Shown: positions 49,836-63,386 of the stretch, in pieces | Layout of the letters: each line of letters starts with the position of its first letter | How positions within the stretch are numbered: position 1 is the first letter of the stretch | DNA from: Vicugna vicugna | Lineage: Eukaryota | DNA: 64,000 bases | Direction of reading: 5' to 3' | Assembly (NCBI GenBank): GCA_013265495.1 | Contig: MU058000.1 | Location: forward strand, 1,488,001 to 1,552,000 | Translations under genes and position numbers: made by a program | The notes under the pieces: model-generated | The model's input: only the letters and a program-made list of their open reading frames with translations | Told to the model about the DNA's origin: nothing | Database searches by the model: none

Positions 49836-52195
49836 CAACATGATTAATACGGTAATTTTGGAGAGCTCAGGAACCCTGGGAGATAATGAAGCCCTTCAAA
49901 GTCTGGAGCAGAGATGAAAAATGATAATGGTGGGGATGATGGCAAGATGAAGTTGGCAGGAGCACCTACACGAGAAGGACTGATGGACAGAAATTATGGA
50001 CAGGAAAGCAGTTGGTGAAAACCTTCAATATTTGGCGAATGAATGAATGTTTGGAGGCTCATGTTGTGGTTGAAAGAGTAACTACAGTTTTGCCGAAAAT
50101 TTAAAGGGGAGAATGTTTGAATAAAACAAGGCAGAGTGATGAACCTGCATGAGGGGTAAGGTTTGCAGTTGAGAATATTCTATCTACCTTCACTGTCTCC
50201 CCTTGCACTGGGTGTTGTAAATAACGGGTTTACAGCTCAGCAGCAGCCTGCATTTCAGAATCCCTGGGCAGTGCAGAAGCTCTGCTTAGGGATGTGTCTG
50301 TTCTCAGATGTGGCTGCCTGTGGGGCCACTGATGCCTAGCTTTTGGCACTAGAAATGGTCATTTCATTACTGTGGGGTATGGCCTGGGCAGCAGGAGCTT
50401 TAAAAGCTTTCCAAGTAATTCTCATATGTAGCAAATTTAAGAACCATTGATAATGAAGTGATTTGCTCTGCATTCCTTTTACTTTGCTTTCCTTCACAAT
50501 GTTTATACCACTGCCGAGCACTCTGTGTTGGTGAATTATCAAACCAGGTGGCATCCTGAGTCCTCCTTTTTCCCTAGAATTCCAACATCCTTTTACCAAT
50601 TAGGGACATTAAAAGTTGACAGTTGTCATTGTTTATTTTTCCTTTATTTTAAAGTTTTCATATAATTTTGATATTTGCCTTACATAGGATGTGTGTCCCT
50701 GGATTCCAGAGAGATACTTTTGAGTTAAACTATATCTACAATAGCTAACTAGATCTGTCTAGGATATTTTCCATTGTTCAGTGGGTTTTGGGGGCTGACA
50801 CGTTTATCAGATGAAAACCTTAAACAAAACTACTTCCACAGTTGGGGTCAAAAATAACTTTTTAGTTTCATTTTTCTGTCTTTTTTGATAATTGCTCTGT
50901 TTCAAATGAATTCTTGCCTTATTTTGGTGTTAGGAGGAGAAGGACTTTTATAAGTGAATATCATGAGATGGTACAGTTTGGAAGAGAACAAATCCTTTAC
51001 TAGAAGGTCAAAAACCTGTGGCCAGAGGGCTTCATCTCACACACAAACATGTCCTGTTTCCGCTCGTAACGTAAGCCTGCACAGGGGTTTAGATTTGAAT
51101 TAGTTGAAAACATTAAAAGTTAGAGTAGGTTTATCCTTTATATCAAATCTCAAATTTCAAATTTTTGTAAGGTGAAAATATTTGGTTATTCCCATAAGAT
51201 ACCAATAATCGGGCCAAGTATAGAGTGCCTCTTTAGATGTGGATTTATTTATATCTTTCTGCCAAATAAATTGTAAGCACTCAAGGATGAATCTTCTTTT
51301 TCTTTCCATCACTTCCTCTCATGCCTTGCAATGTGCTTGGCTAAAGAAACTGATTTTATGTAAATATATGTGTATATATACACACATACATACATACGTA
51401 TATTTATGGGAAAAGGTGGTACATGTTAGATGAAATTATTACCTTTTAGCCTATTGGTATTTCACAGATGATGAAGGTATTATCTCCTGCACTGCCTCCT
51501 GCCTGTCTTATTTTCCCAGGAGTCTGCCGGGAGTTAACGCAGTCTAGATGAAGGATTCCAGAGTTACTTCCTTGCTGAGTTGAAATCAACTCACACTGCT
51601 GCTCAAGAAAAGGTCTTGGCTGTCAGAGCAGTATCAATGCAAACTAAGGACATTAGAATGGCAACTGCCAACCTACACACTGTTATTCTCAGGAAGCCGA
51701 TAGTCATCCACAGATCCCTTGAAACAGCAGGACCTGAGGATATCACCAGACGGGGCAATCCGTCATGCTCAGGCTGTAGAGGACAGGATGAAGTTTCTTT
51801 ATATGAAGTGAGGGTGCCAAGTGCCACGTCTCCTCAAAAGGGAGGCCAAGGCCTGCCAATCATGACAATCACTGTAATGCAAAAAGGTCAGATAGTCTTG
51901 TCTTTATGTATCAGAAATGCCAACCTTCTGTCAATGATGAGGTCAAAACTCTGTACTAGATTAAAAGCATTTGTGCTAGGAACTTCACACTTCGGAAAGG
52001 TCAGTGTCAGTGCCAGTCAAAATTCATGTACAGAATGAAAGTTAACTTCTGCCTAAACTTAAATGAAATAGCTTCTTTGCTTTTATTTCCTCACTAAATA
52101 ATCCAATCCTTTATGACTTTGTCATCAAACTGCTGGCAAATACTCCCAGTGCTCTATGTAAACAAGGTACAGATGTGGTAGCATTTTGTCTAAAC

Positions 52196-52375
52196 CAGGA
52201 ATTCCCAGACTTGAGGGAAAGTGTACTTCAGATTCACATGGAGGCCTCATTAGAACACAGATTGCAGGTCCCATCCCCAGAATTCACTGAATCTGGGATG
52301 AGGATTAAGAATTTGCATTTCAAATAAATCCCCCGGGTGATACAAATGCTGCTGATGGCACCATATATATGGTCA
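52196..52375. mobile_element. MER5A-like hAT-Charlie MITE
   Basis: 'aacacagattgcaggtcccatccccagaattcactgaatc...aagaatttgcatttc...gggtgatac'. Confidence 0.8.
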
Positions 52376-52512
52376 TCAGCAAGTAAAAACACTAATGTTA
52401 AAGTGTTAAGCTCCTCACATGAAAATAATAAGAATGTATCACAATTGTTGACTTTTATTTTTATTTCAACTATTTCATTTTTCTTAAAATGTTTGGCTGT
52501 TCTTGTTGTCAT

Positions 52513-52570
52513 TCTTTGAGTAAACAACATTACCATATTTCTCTTTGAGTAAACAACATTACCATATTTC
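52513..52570. repeat. Perfect 29-bp tandem duplication
   Basis: tctttgagtaaacaacattaccatatttc x2. Confidence 0.97.
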
Positions 52571-54492
52571 TTTATAGCCAGATGGTTTCTAGCATTAAGC
52601 TAATCGAATTTCTAGATGGTTAATCTCTCTCTCTCTCTTTCTCTCTCACATACACACACACACACTCCCCTAATTATAATAAAGGAAATGCTATTAATGT
52701 TGACACTGGTGATATTAATGATGAAATAATGATAATAGTGATAAAAAAAAATTCCTGGCCCAAATGACAACAGCAAAATAGTGTGTTTGGTAGCCTGTGT
52801 ATGTCAGGGGCTTTCAAAATGCAGCCTTCCTTACTTTCTTAACACCTGAACAGGTCTCTCTGCTGAAGCTGTCTTCCTGATATCTGGCATGAATAAACAG
52901 ACATCTCAAACCTAACAGTTATGCAAGTAATAAACTATTTCTTCTCCTGCTCCAGTGTCCCCACAATCTCATTCTATGGTATCTTCAACTACCTTGTTTT
53001 AATTCCTGGAAAATTGGTGTAATTCTAGACATTTCTACCTGGTATGGCTATTCCATGTTTTTGCTCTATTGGTTGCTTCAGTTTCTAAAGTATATCTAAA
53101 ATCTGTCCACTTCTGTCTCCTTCAGCATCAATACTGAATAACTATGATCTTTCCCCATGACTATTACATAAGCCATCTTAAAATTCCAATAATTTAAATT
53201 TTGTCTGTTAATCTATGTTTGCTTAAATTTTCCATTGCTGTTTTTATTATTAACCAGCTAACATGAATGTATTTTTATCATAAATGCTTTAAGCAAGTAA
53301 ATGCTATGAAATGTGGGAGTCCTTTATTCTCCATTTCTGACTGCCCTTTCTCCCCAAAAGTACTTCAGTTAAAAATATGTCTCTTTTATGTACAGAGACA
53401 TGTATTAGATTGTATGGGGACCTACATTGTTAAATATTTGTGTGTACATCAATCCATTGTTTTGATTTTGTCTTATCTGCCTCATTCTTCTTAAATTTTA
53501 TTTATTTATCAAAGACTTATGATATTATATAGTTTCAAGTGTAAAACATGGTGATTTCTATATTTTTATACATTACAAAGTGATCACCATTAGAAGTCTG
53601 GTTACCATCTTTCATCATACAAAGTTATAATGTTATTGACTGTATCTCCTGTGCTTTACATTACATCCCCGTGACTTACAACTGGAAGTTTATACCTCTT
53701 AATCCCCTCGACTGCTTCACGCATCCCCTCCAGCCCCTCTCCTCTGGCAACTACTAGTTCGTTCTATATATCTACGAGTACCTTTCTTTTGTTGTTTGTT
53801 CATTTGCTTTGTGTTTTAGATTCCATGTAGAAGTGAAATCACATAGTATTCATCGTTCTGTATCTGACTTCACTTGGCATAATACCTTCTGGATCTATCT
53901 GTATTTTCACTGTATTCATTCATCTATTGACAGACACTTAGGTTGCTTCTGTATCTTGGCTATTGTAAATAAGGCTGCAGTGAACATTGGGGTACATGTA
54001 TCTTTTCAAATTAGTGCTTTTGTTTTTCTTGGATAAATCCTCAGAAGTGGAATTGCTGGATCATATGGTAGTTTTACTTTTAATTTTGGGGGAAACCTCC
54101 AAACAGTTTTCCATAGTGGCTCCACTACTTTACAATCCCACCACTAGTGCAGGAGGGTTCCCTTTTGTCCACATCTTTGCCAACACTTGTTATTTCTTGT
54201 CTTTTTAGTGATAACCATTCTGACAGGTGTGAAGTGGTATTACATTGTTTTGATTTGCATTTCCTTTGTGATATATTGAGAATCTTTTCATGTGTCTGTT
54301 GGCCATCTGTATGTCACCTTTGGAAAAATGTCTACTCAAGTAATTTGCCCATTTTTAAATCAGATTGTTTATTTTTTTGCTGTTGTACAAGTTTTTTCTA
54401 TGTTTTGAATATTAACCCCTTATTGGACATATCATTTACAAATATCTTCTCCCAGTCCAGTAGGTTACCTTTTTGTTTTGTGATGGTTTCTT

Positions 54493-54681
54493 TTACTGTA
54501 CAAAAGCATTATAGTGTAATTTAGTCCTATTTATTTGTACTTTTCTTGCCCTTGTCTGAGGAGACAAATCCCCCAAAATATTGCTAATACTAAAGTCAAA
54601 GAGTGTAGTACTTATATTTTCTTCTAGGAGCTTTATGGTTTCAGGTCTTACATTTAATTCTTTAATTAATTTTGAGTTCAT
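54493..54681 (-). pseudogene. L1 ORF2p C-terminal remnant
   Basis: NSKLIKELNVRPETIKLLEEN resembles L1 ORF2p NSKWIKDLNVRPETIKLLEEN. Confidence 0.9.
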
Positions 54682-56532
54682 TTTTATATATGGTCAAAGA
54701 AAGTAGTCTAGTTTTTTTCTTTTTCTTTTCTTGTCTTTTTTTTTTTTTTTTTTTTTTTTTCTTTTTGTTTTTCCTTTTTTTTTTTTTTGCATGTAGCTGT
54801 CAGTTTTTCCAAAATTTATTGGAGAGACTGTCTTTTCCTCATTGTATATTTTTGCCTCCTTTGTCAGAGGGTAATTAAACATATAAGCATGAGTTTATTT
54901 CTGGACTCTCTCTTCTGTTCCATTGATCTATGTGTATGTTTTTCTGCCCAGGCCATACTGTTTTGATTATTATATCTTGGTCATAACATTTAAAATCACA
55001 GAGATTTGTTCTTCTTTTTTAAGATTGCTTTGGCTATTCGGGTCTTTTGTGGTTCCATACAAATTTTAGGACTGTTTATTCTAGTCCTGGGTTTTCATTT
55101 TCAGTTTTGTCCAGATATTTTTTAATTTTCTTGTCTTTTTTTCAGTGATCAATTGGTTACTTAGTAGCATGTTGTTTAGTCTCACTGTGTTTGTGGTTTA
55201 TCCAGTTTTTCTCCTTGTAATTGATTTCCAGTTTCATACTATTGTGATTGGAAACAATACTTGATATTATTTCAATCTTCTTAAATTTGTTTTGTGACCC
55301 AACCTGATCTATCCTGGGAAATGTTCCAGTGTTCCATGTGTACTTGAAAATAATGTGATTTCTGCAGTTTGGGGATGGAATGTTCTATATATATTTATTA
55401 AGATCATCTGGTTTAATGAATCTTTTAAGGCCAATGTTCTTTATTGATTTTATGTTTAAGTGATCTATCCATTGATGTATGTGGGATATGAAAGATGTCT
55501 ACTATTATATTACTGTTGATTTCTCCCTTTATGTTAATATTTGCTTTATATATTTAGATGCTCCTATGTTGGGTGCATAAATATTTCTGAATGTTATATC
55601 CTCTTCTCAAATTGACCCCTTTAACATTATGTAATGCCCTTTTTGCCATTTGTCACAGACATTGTTTTAAAGTCTGTTCTGTTATGAGTATTGCTACCTT
55701 AGCTTTCTTTTCTTTTTCATCTGCATGGAATATCTTTCTCCATCCCTTCGGTTACAGTCTGTGTAGGTCTTTAGATCTGAAGTGAGTCTCTTGTAGGGAG
55801 CCTACACAGGGGACTTGAGTTTTTATCCAGTCAGCCACCTCTTGTCTTTTTATTGGAGCAGTTAGTTAATTAACATTTAAAGTGATTATTGATAGATGTG
55901 TACTTGTTGCCATTTTGTTCATTGTTTTCTGGTTGTCTTTACAGTTCTTCTCTGTTCTTTTCTTGGTCTCTCCCTTTGTGGTCTGATGCTTTTCTTTACT
56001 GTTGTGTTTGGGGTCCTTTAATTTTTGTGTATCTCTTGTACACTTTTTGTTGTGGTTACCATGAGGCTTATATTCATGGACCTACATACAGCAGTTTATT
56101 TAAGCTTACAGTCACTAAGTTCAAACACATTTTAAAAGCACTACATTTTTACTATCCTCCCCAACATTTTGTGTTTTTGATGGCATAGCTTACATCTTTT
56201 TTATTTTGTGTCTCTTAGCTTCTTAATGCAGGTAAAGTTGATTCTACTACTTTGATCTTTTAACCTTTATACTAGCTTTTTAAATGGCTGGTCCATTGCC
56301 TTTACCATACATTTGCCTTTACCAGTGAGATTTTTTTTCTCTCACATATTTTCTTATTCCTATTTATGGCCTTTTCTTTTCCACTTAAAGAAGGCCCTTT
56401 AACATTTCTTGTAAGGCAAGTTTAGTGGTGATAAAGTCCTTTAGCTTTCGCTTCTCTGGGAAACTCTTTATTTTTCCAGCTCTGAATGATAACCTTATTG
56501 GGTAGCATATTCTTGGTTATAATCTTTTTTTT

Positions 56533-56730
56533 TTATTTCAGCATTTTAAATGCATCATGCCATTTTCTTCTGGCTTGCAAAGTTTCTGGTGAAGAATCAG
56601 CTAATAGCCTTATGGGGGTTCCCTTGTATGTGAGTAATTGTTTTTTTCTTGCTGCCTTTAAAATTCCCTTATCTTTAACTTTTGCCATTTTAATTACAAT
56701 ATAACTTGGTGCGGATCTCTTTGGGTTCAT
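56533..56730 (-). pseudogene. L1 ORF1p RRM/CTD remnant
   Basis: NPKRSAPSYIVIKMAKVKDKGILKAARKKQLLTYKGTPIRLLADSSPETLQARRKW is a classic L1 ORF1p segment. Confidence 0.93.
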
Positions 56731-58109
56731 CTTGTTTGGGACTCTCTGTAATTGCTGGATCTAGGTATCTATTTCCTTCCCTGAGTTAGGGAAAATTTCA
56801 GCCATGATTTCTTCAAATATACTTCCTACCTCTTTCTCTCTTCTCCTTCTGGGACCCCTATAAGGCAAATGTTAGTGCACTTGATATTATCCCAGGAACC
56901 CTTTAAACTATCCTTATTTTTTAAAATTCTCTTTTCCCTTTTGCCCTTCTGATTGTGTGATTACCACTATTCTTTCTTCCAGTTCACCAGTCTGTTCTTC
57001 TGGTTCATCTAATCTGCTGTTGATTCCCTCCAGTGTACTTTGCATTTCAGTTATTACATTCTTCAGCTCAGTTGGCTCTTTGTTATATTTTCCAACACTT
57101 TATTGAAATTCTCACTGTTCTTCCATTCTTCTCCCAAGTTCAGTAAGCATCTTTATGACCACTATTTTGAACTCTTTATTCAAGTGGATAACTAACTTAA
57201 AGTTCTTTTTCCTAGAGTTTTATCTTGTTCTTTCATTTGGAACATATTTCTCTTTCTTCTCATTTTGTTTGACCTTGTGTGCTTGTTTCTATAAATTAGA
57301 AGCTCTCTCTCCCTGTCTTTGGTAGGAGCATCCCTTGTGTAAACTCTATGTGGCAGGTAACTTTGGCAGGTTGAGTGGAGTTGGAATGGGTGCAGTCTGG
57401 GGGATCTTGGGTTGTTCTGCTCTGGGGCTGCCCTAGCTAGTCAGCTGGAGTCAGCATGGCCTGTGGGGTGGTCTCAGGGAATGCTGTTCTTAGGTCTGTC
57501 CTAATGATACAACTGGGGCTAGAGCAGGCACAGGTCAGGGGATCCCAAGGCATGCTGCAGTGGGGCCACCTTGGGGGGATAGTCAGAGCTGGTGTGGGTC
57601 AGGGGACTGGGCATACTGGGGTGGCCTTGGTAGATCAGCTAGAGTGCTTAGACTATGTTCCTGCCTGTGCTAAGGTGGGGGATAAATGGGAAAAATGGCT
57701 CTCTCTGACCCTGGAGAGAGTTCTAGCAGTTCCCTGCCCATTTGGCAGATGCTGTAAGGTTAGTAAATGGATTTTCTTCGCTTATAGTCTAGGTGCCCTT
57801 TAAACTGCTGTTTTGTTTTGTTTTGTTTTGTTTTTTCTCTTGCTGTGCCCCAGGGCAGATGAGTCTTTGCACAGGTTCCTCAGGGATTTTTCTCCCTACT
57901 GCAGGTCACCACATCAGGGTAGCAATTGCTGTTGATGCTGTATCTCTGTCTCCTACTCATCTCTGTGTGGTCCCTCTGCAGCTTGTTGTACAGAAGCTTT
58001 TCAATCAGGCTTCAGTTCTTCAGGAAGAACTGCTACATATTTAGGTGCTGATTTGGTATGTCCATGAGAGGAGATGAGTTCAGGATCTATTTCTGTTTTC
58101 ATCTTGGCT

Positions 58110-60030
58110 TCAAAATTTAAATAGTTTTCTTTAATACAGATGCATTCTACTTTATCTGACTACTCTTTTGTTAGTAAATGTTTGCATTTTATTTTCTATT
58201 TTCACTCTCTTACAAATATCACAGTGTAAATATTTTTATATAAGTCTCTAGGAACATGAGCAAGCAATCTTTTTAAAAATTTAGAATAAAATCAAAATCA
58301 GATAAAAAGTAGTTTTGTTGCAGTTGAGAATACAATCCATGGTCTTTAACATGGATGACAAAGCTCAAACATCTAGTGTCTACCTCCTTTCCAAACCTGA
58401 GGCAATCTCTCTCTGGTTCACTCTGTTCCAACTAGACTGGCTATTCATTAATTCTGCAAATATTTCACAGTTATTTTTTTTTCCCCGCATGTCGTTCCCA
58501 CTCCCTGGAAAGCTCTTTCCAACTTTTTTTCCTGTTAACTCCTATTTTACCATTGTCTCATTTATTTGCTCAATCCTCAGAAATGTGAACTGTATTCCAG
58601 TGACCCAACTTCCCTTAATGAAACTAGGCCTGCTTATTATAAATAAGTCGGTGAGGTTAGGTACCTTTATGTATACTTATTGACTCTAGGATTTCTTCTC
58701 CTGAGTTGTGGTTCATATCATTATCCCACTAATCCATTTGTTTTCTCCCATTTTCTATAAATTCTAGACATTAAACCTTTATTGATTTTGAGTGTAGCAA
58801 ATATCTTCTCTCTGCCTGATACCTGCTTGATAACTTTGTTTATGATTTTCTTTATTGGACTGATATCGTACATTTTCATGAAGCTTAATCTATTCATTGT
58901 CCCCTTAATAATTAGTATTCATGTGTCTGTTTTAAGAAATATTTTCAGTCCTGAGGTCACAATATATTCACCTAAATTTTCTTCGAGGAGTTTTTATTTA
59001 TTTTTTTCTTTCACATTTATCACTCAGGTCTAATTGGTCCTAATTTTTTTTTAATATGATTGTGGTAGGAGTCTTAATTTTTTGTTCTATATATTGAGCT
59101 AATTTTTCCAACACTATTTATTAAATAATTCACTCTTTTCAAATTGTTATATACTAAGTTCCCATTAAAATGCTCCCATTTTTATATTCTCTGCTCTGTC
59201 TCTTTGTTCTGTTGATATATTATTGTTCCAGAACTAGTCTGTTTTAAATTCTAAGGATTTGCTATATGACTTAACATATGACAGAGACAATCTTTCCTTT
59301 TTGCTCATCTCTATTAAACTTTGTCCTTCCGTGAAAATCTTAGAATCATTTTTTCTCCTCTAGCCTATAAATGTAATTTAATTAGAATTGGATTTAATTT
59401 TATTAAATAATTTGGAGAGGATTTATGTCTTTGCAATATTAACTCATTCCCATTATGGAGAGGGTATAGTTGACCACTTATTTAGTTTTTCTTTTATCTT
59501 CTTTATCTCTTTGAAATTTTTCTCCTTATAGTCCAAAGAAATCTTTATTTGGTTAATTACTAGAAATGTTAGATACATAGGCGGACAGAGATAAGGATAT
59601 TGTAAATGGCATTTATTGTCTTATTGCACTTTCAATTGTTAATTACTGGGGTGTAAAAAAGCTTAACAAGTTTGTATATTGCTATATTTTCCTGTAGGCA
59701 TGCTAAATTCTACTAGTTTTATTTTAATTTTTTTTCTCTTGATATTTTTGCATTGGCAATGCAAATATTTATGCCTGTGTTTGGTTTTTCTGCCTGTTTT
59801 GCTTGACTATAACGTTTAATTCTGTGATAAGCAGGAGAAAGAAGAGAAGATGCCCGTATCTTTTTGCCACCTTAAAGGGGATGCTTCTAAAACTTCTCTC
59901 TTTACCTATCATACATGCTGCACATTAAGATAGATAGGCTTTATAAGGGTAAGAGAGTTTGTTTTTATACCTGGATGTTGATGTTTATCAGGTATGTTTC
60001 CTTAGCGATTGAGATAATGGGTTTAGCAAT
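58110..60030 (-). mobile_element. Very old L1 (L1ME-like) fragments, possibly interleaved with L2
   Basis: 'aataatttggagaggatttatgtctttgcaatatt', 'cttaaaggggatgcttctaa'. Confidence 0.55.
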
Positions 60031-60554
60031 GTGCTGTGTACGCTGAAGGATGAGGCAAAATGTATAAATAATAGTTCATAGAAAGAGCTAGTTTTTACCG
60101 ATTGTGTTGATAACATAGTCATATGTAGAATGAAGTACTCCATTAATCATTAGTGTCTTTACACACAGTAATCTGTTCTTCTACACCAACTATGTAGCTT
60201 AGTCTGCACATATTCTAGTATGTAACTTAAGTTAGTTTTAAAAGTTCAATCTTTTGAATAAGGTAAATTTGAAGATTCTTATAGAATTAATGGAACGCTT
60301 GTGATTCCAGTCTTCTATACAAGTCTTGGTTCTTTATTTTTCCTCTTGCATCCAACTTTTCATCTCATCCTTTCCTTTAATCAGCATGACTTTTCTACCA
60401 GTTCCCACCTTTTGAAATCTTACCCGTCAGTTCAGTAAAGTTAATTCTCTCTTCTTCCAGAAGGGTTCTCTAATATACACAGAACAGTAAAACCTCTCTA
60501 TTCACTGTAATCTTGGATTAGTTCTTGCTCCTATAACATTTTCTACCTTGTACT

Positions 60555-61480
60555 GGTTTAACAAGCATATATTGGGTAATCATGTGTGTTAGGTACTGGG
60601 GATTCAAAGATGAAAAGAAAATGTGTTTCTTCCCACAAGTAGGTCAGCGTCTAGGAAGAGAATGAGACATACTTACAAACAAAACGTAATGTGATAAGTT
60701 CAATTCCAGGAACTGATGAGGCAGAAAAGAAGGAATGAGCAGTTCTCTGTGGAGATAAGGACGACCTTCACAGAGAAAATGATACTCAAAGAGCAGAAGT
60801 GGGAAGTCATTTCAGACGGGAGCCGCTATGTTTAACAAGGCACCGAGGCATGAAATGGTGTGTTTTTGCAAAACTATGAATAAGTTGATAATTTGATTTT
60901 AAATAGAGAGAATGTGAGAGTAGGGGATAGGCAGAGAAGATGGTGAATGTGAGAATGGACAGTAATGCTACTCCTAGTTTTCATGAACAAGATTAAACAG
61001 GCAGCACTGTGAATGATTTATTAAAGAGCTAGGGAGGGGGGAGATAAAAGAGGTCATTACCAAAGATAAACCAAATGTGTTAATGATTGTCTTGAGTGAG
61101 GCTCTGGCATCTGAGAGGGAACAGGGACACAATTAGTTGATATTTTGAGCGTATAGCCAGAAAGACTTTCTTTCTGACTAATTAAAAGAGAAGTATAAGA
61201 AAATGGGAGTTTTCTTCCTTACATACAATTTAAGGTGAGACTTCTAGGCAGAAAGATCAGTTTTATTGAAGTTGTTCAAGTTTGGGGATACCAGAATAAG
61301 AGCTGTAGGTCTTAAAGAAATCATTTTATTTATATGTATATGTATGTATATAAATAAATAAATTTGTTATGCAGATGGTAGTTGGAGTCCTAGATGGATG
61401 TGCTTAAGACTCCCCAGAGTGAACATGTGCAGTGAGAAGATCTCTAAGGCCAAATCCTAAATGATACTAAAGTTAATGTG
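60555..61480 (-). mobile_element. L2 LINE, degraded
   Basis: 'atgtgtgttaggtactggggattcaaagatgaa', 'ccttcacagagaaaatgatact', 'aaggcaccgaggcatgaaa'. Confidence 0.65.
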
Positions 61481-61939
61481 AGAACTGAGGAGGTGAATTC
61501 ACAGATGTGGTAGATGAGGATAGTCACAAATATAGGTGGATAATAATGGGGTTTAGTGTTGACATAAAATCTTTTTTTCTGGAGCTTTTGCACTCTCTTC
61601 CGTCGTAACTTTTCACCTAGAAATGAACTTTCCATTTTCTGTTCTGTCAGTTCCGTGACCCTCGTCTCCCAACGATTGTCTTCCAACCTACCTTGGCCAC
61701 TCATTACCACAGTCAGAACATGCCAATGCTTTTCAAATGTGGCTTATCATCAGAGGATTGTTAAATGAATTTCATGGGATATATATTAGTTATAACATGT
61801 AGAAAAGGAAAGGAAACGGTATAAGAGGATTAGATTAAAAAGAAGTCAGTGTAACAGATGAAATGGATATCATGAGACCCCTGGTAATGAGGCTCTCTTG
61901 TCCATCCGTATGCCAAGCAAGAATGAGCTCATCCTTTTC

Positions 61940-62150
61940 TGAATTCTTGAAGCGCCTTCTTTGCGTCTCCCAAAGGGCATTTATAAATTCTATAATCCTC
62001 CTGCTATAATAGAAACTCCTTGAGAGCAGGAATCTTCTGTGTCTGATTCTCCATTGTATCCTCAGCAACTAGAATAGCACTTAATACTAATTGGGCACAA
62101 AACCTATCATTTTGACTAAATAAATAGTAAAGTAAAATGAATTAACAAAT
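61940..62150 (+). mobile_element. L2 3' end
   Basis: 'aaactccttgagagcaggaatc...ccattgtatcctcagcaactagaatagcac'. Confidence 0.65.
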
Positions 62151-62876
62151 TCTTCCCTGTATGGTAGTGTTAATAGAATCCACCTCTCACCATAGATACA
62201 TCCTAAAATCTGGTTGAAATTGATTCAGTCATTTATGTACTCAATATAGTTCTCCTATCAAAAACATCCACTGTTTTGATAAAAATAAGAGAGTCAGGCT
62301 TTATGTTTTTTGCAGTCACTAAAGGCTTTTCTCATAACCATTGTATAATTTCTCACAGATTAGCTGGGACCATACTTGTTGAAATCAGAATGAATAAAGA
62401 ATACATAATGTACTTTGCTTAATTAGAATACATTTTCTAAGATGGAATTACCCTCCTCATTTGTGTTCAAATAATTTTACTGTTTTCTATATTTCTTTTT
62501 TTTTTTTTTGTAGAATACCTTTTCTCCCTGACTATAATGGGAGTATTCTTCCTACTTTTAAAATCTGAGACCAGATGGTCTTGTTACATGAGCAATAACC
62601 TATAAAAATGGTGTTTACATGACCATATGAGCAGTTTTTTTGATGATATAATCAAATCAAATTTATATAAATTGAACTGACACATGTATAATTATATTTC
62701 CAGTTATTTTCTGCATGGAAGTTATACAGAAATGAGAGCACTACACATAAAGTGTAACACTGCATTTATACAACCAAGACACGTTTTAAAATGGTTTATT
62801 TTTCTTTTGTTACTTCACCAATATCTAAAGTTACTGTCAAGAACACCTCTTTACCCTATTGGATACATGCACATGT

Positions 62877-62878
<2 letters not shown>

Positions 62879-62909
<31 letters not shown>
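62879..62909. repeat. (AC)n microsatellite
   Basis: Directly visible. Confidence 0.97.
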
Positions 62910-62911
<2 letters not shown>

Positions 62912-63375
62912 CTCTGAGGGATACTTGACCAGCTCTGTAGAGTAGTAGGTCTTGGGGGAAAACCACTAAGAAGAGAATAAAACTAAGTCTGGCTTCAGAT
63001 TCAATGACGTGTAGGCATTTGTGGCCAAAAGTAGTGTAAATAAAATCGTAATCCTGCTCTACCCTGATACCTTACCCCATCCACCCAAAGCGATTTTAAT
63101 TCAGTCTTATTCAAAATCAAAAGAAGACCTATTATTCACAATAGTGTCTTAGGAGAACTCCTGAGACGAAATAACTTTGTTGTGAATATACAGTCTTTGA
63201 AAATCTTATGCTTGTTATTTACTTTTCTTAGAAGAAGTAATGAAAACAAAATGTTACTATGTACACTTGAATCTATGCAGACTCTTTTTAAAAAATCAAG
63301 AACTTTTGTTCGGTGTTAATTGAACTTTAAGGAGTAATTGCCTAAGATGCGAAACGTGAAAACGTTTTAATTCAA

Positions 63376-63386
63376 TTTCCCGGAAA
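63376..63386. promoter_or_regulatory. Consensus GAS (STAT1/STAT3) element TTTCCCGGAAA
   Basis: Exact high-affinity consensus with its CpG retained, in non-repeat DNA; function untested. Confidence 0.45.

Larger units (their letters stand above)
53495..58107 (-). mobile_element. L1 spanning 5'UTR to 3'UTR with the central ORF2 (RT) deleted
   Basis: From the right on minus: 5' start 'ccaagatg', GC-richer 5'UTR, ORF1, ORF2 EN, junction near 55090, ORF2 C-terminus, 3'UTR. Confidence 0.88.

Noticed and set aside
51580..52038. 152-aa plus-strand ORF as a gene
   Set aside because: Starts at TTG and has no recognisable homology; all three frames hit stops shortly after the upstream acceptor at 51519
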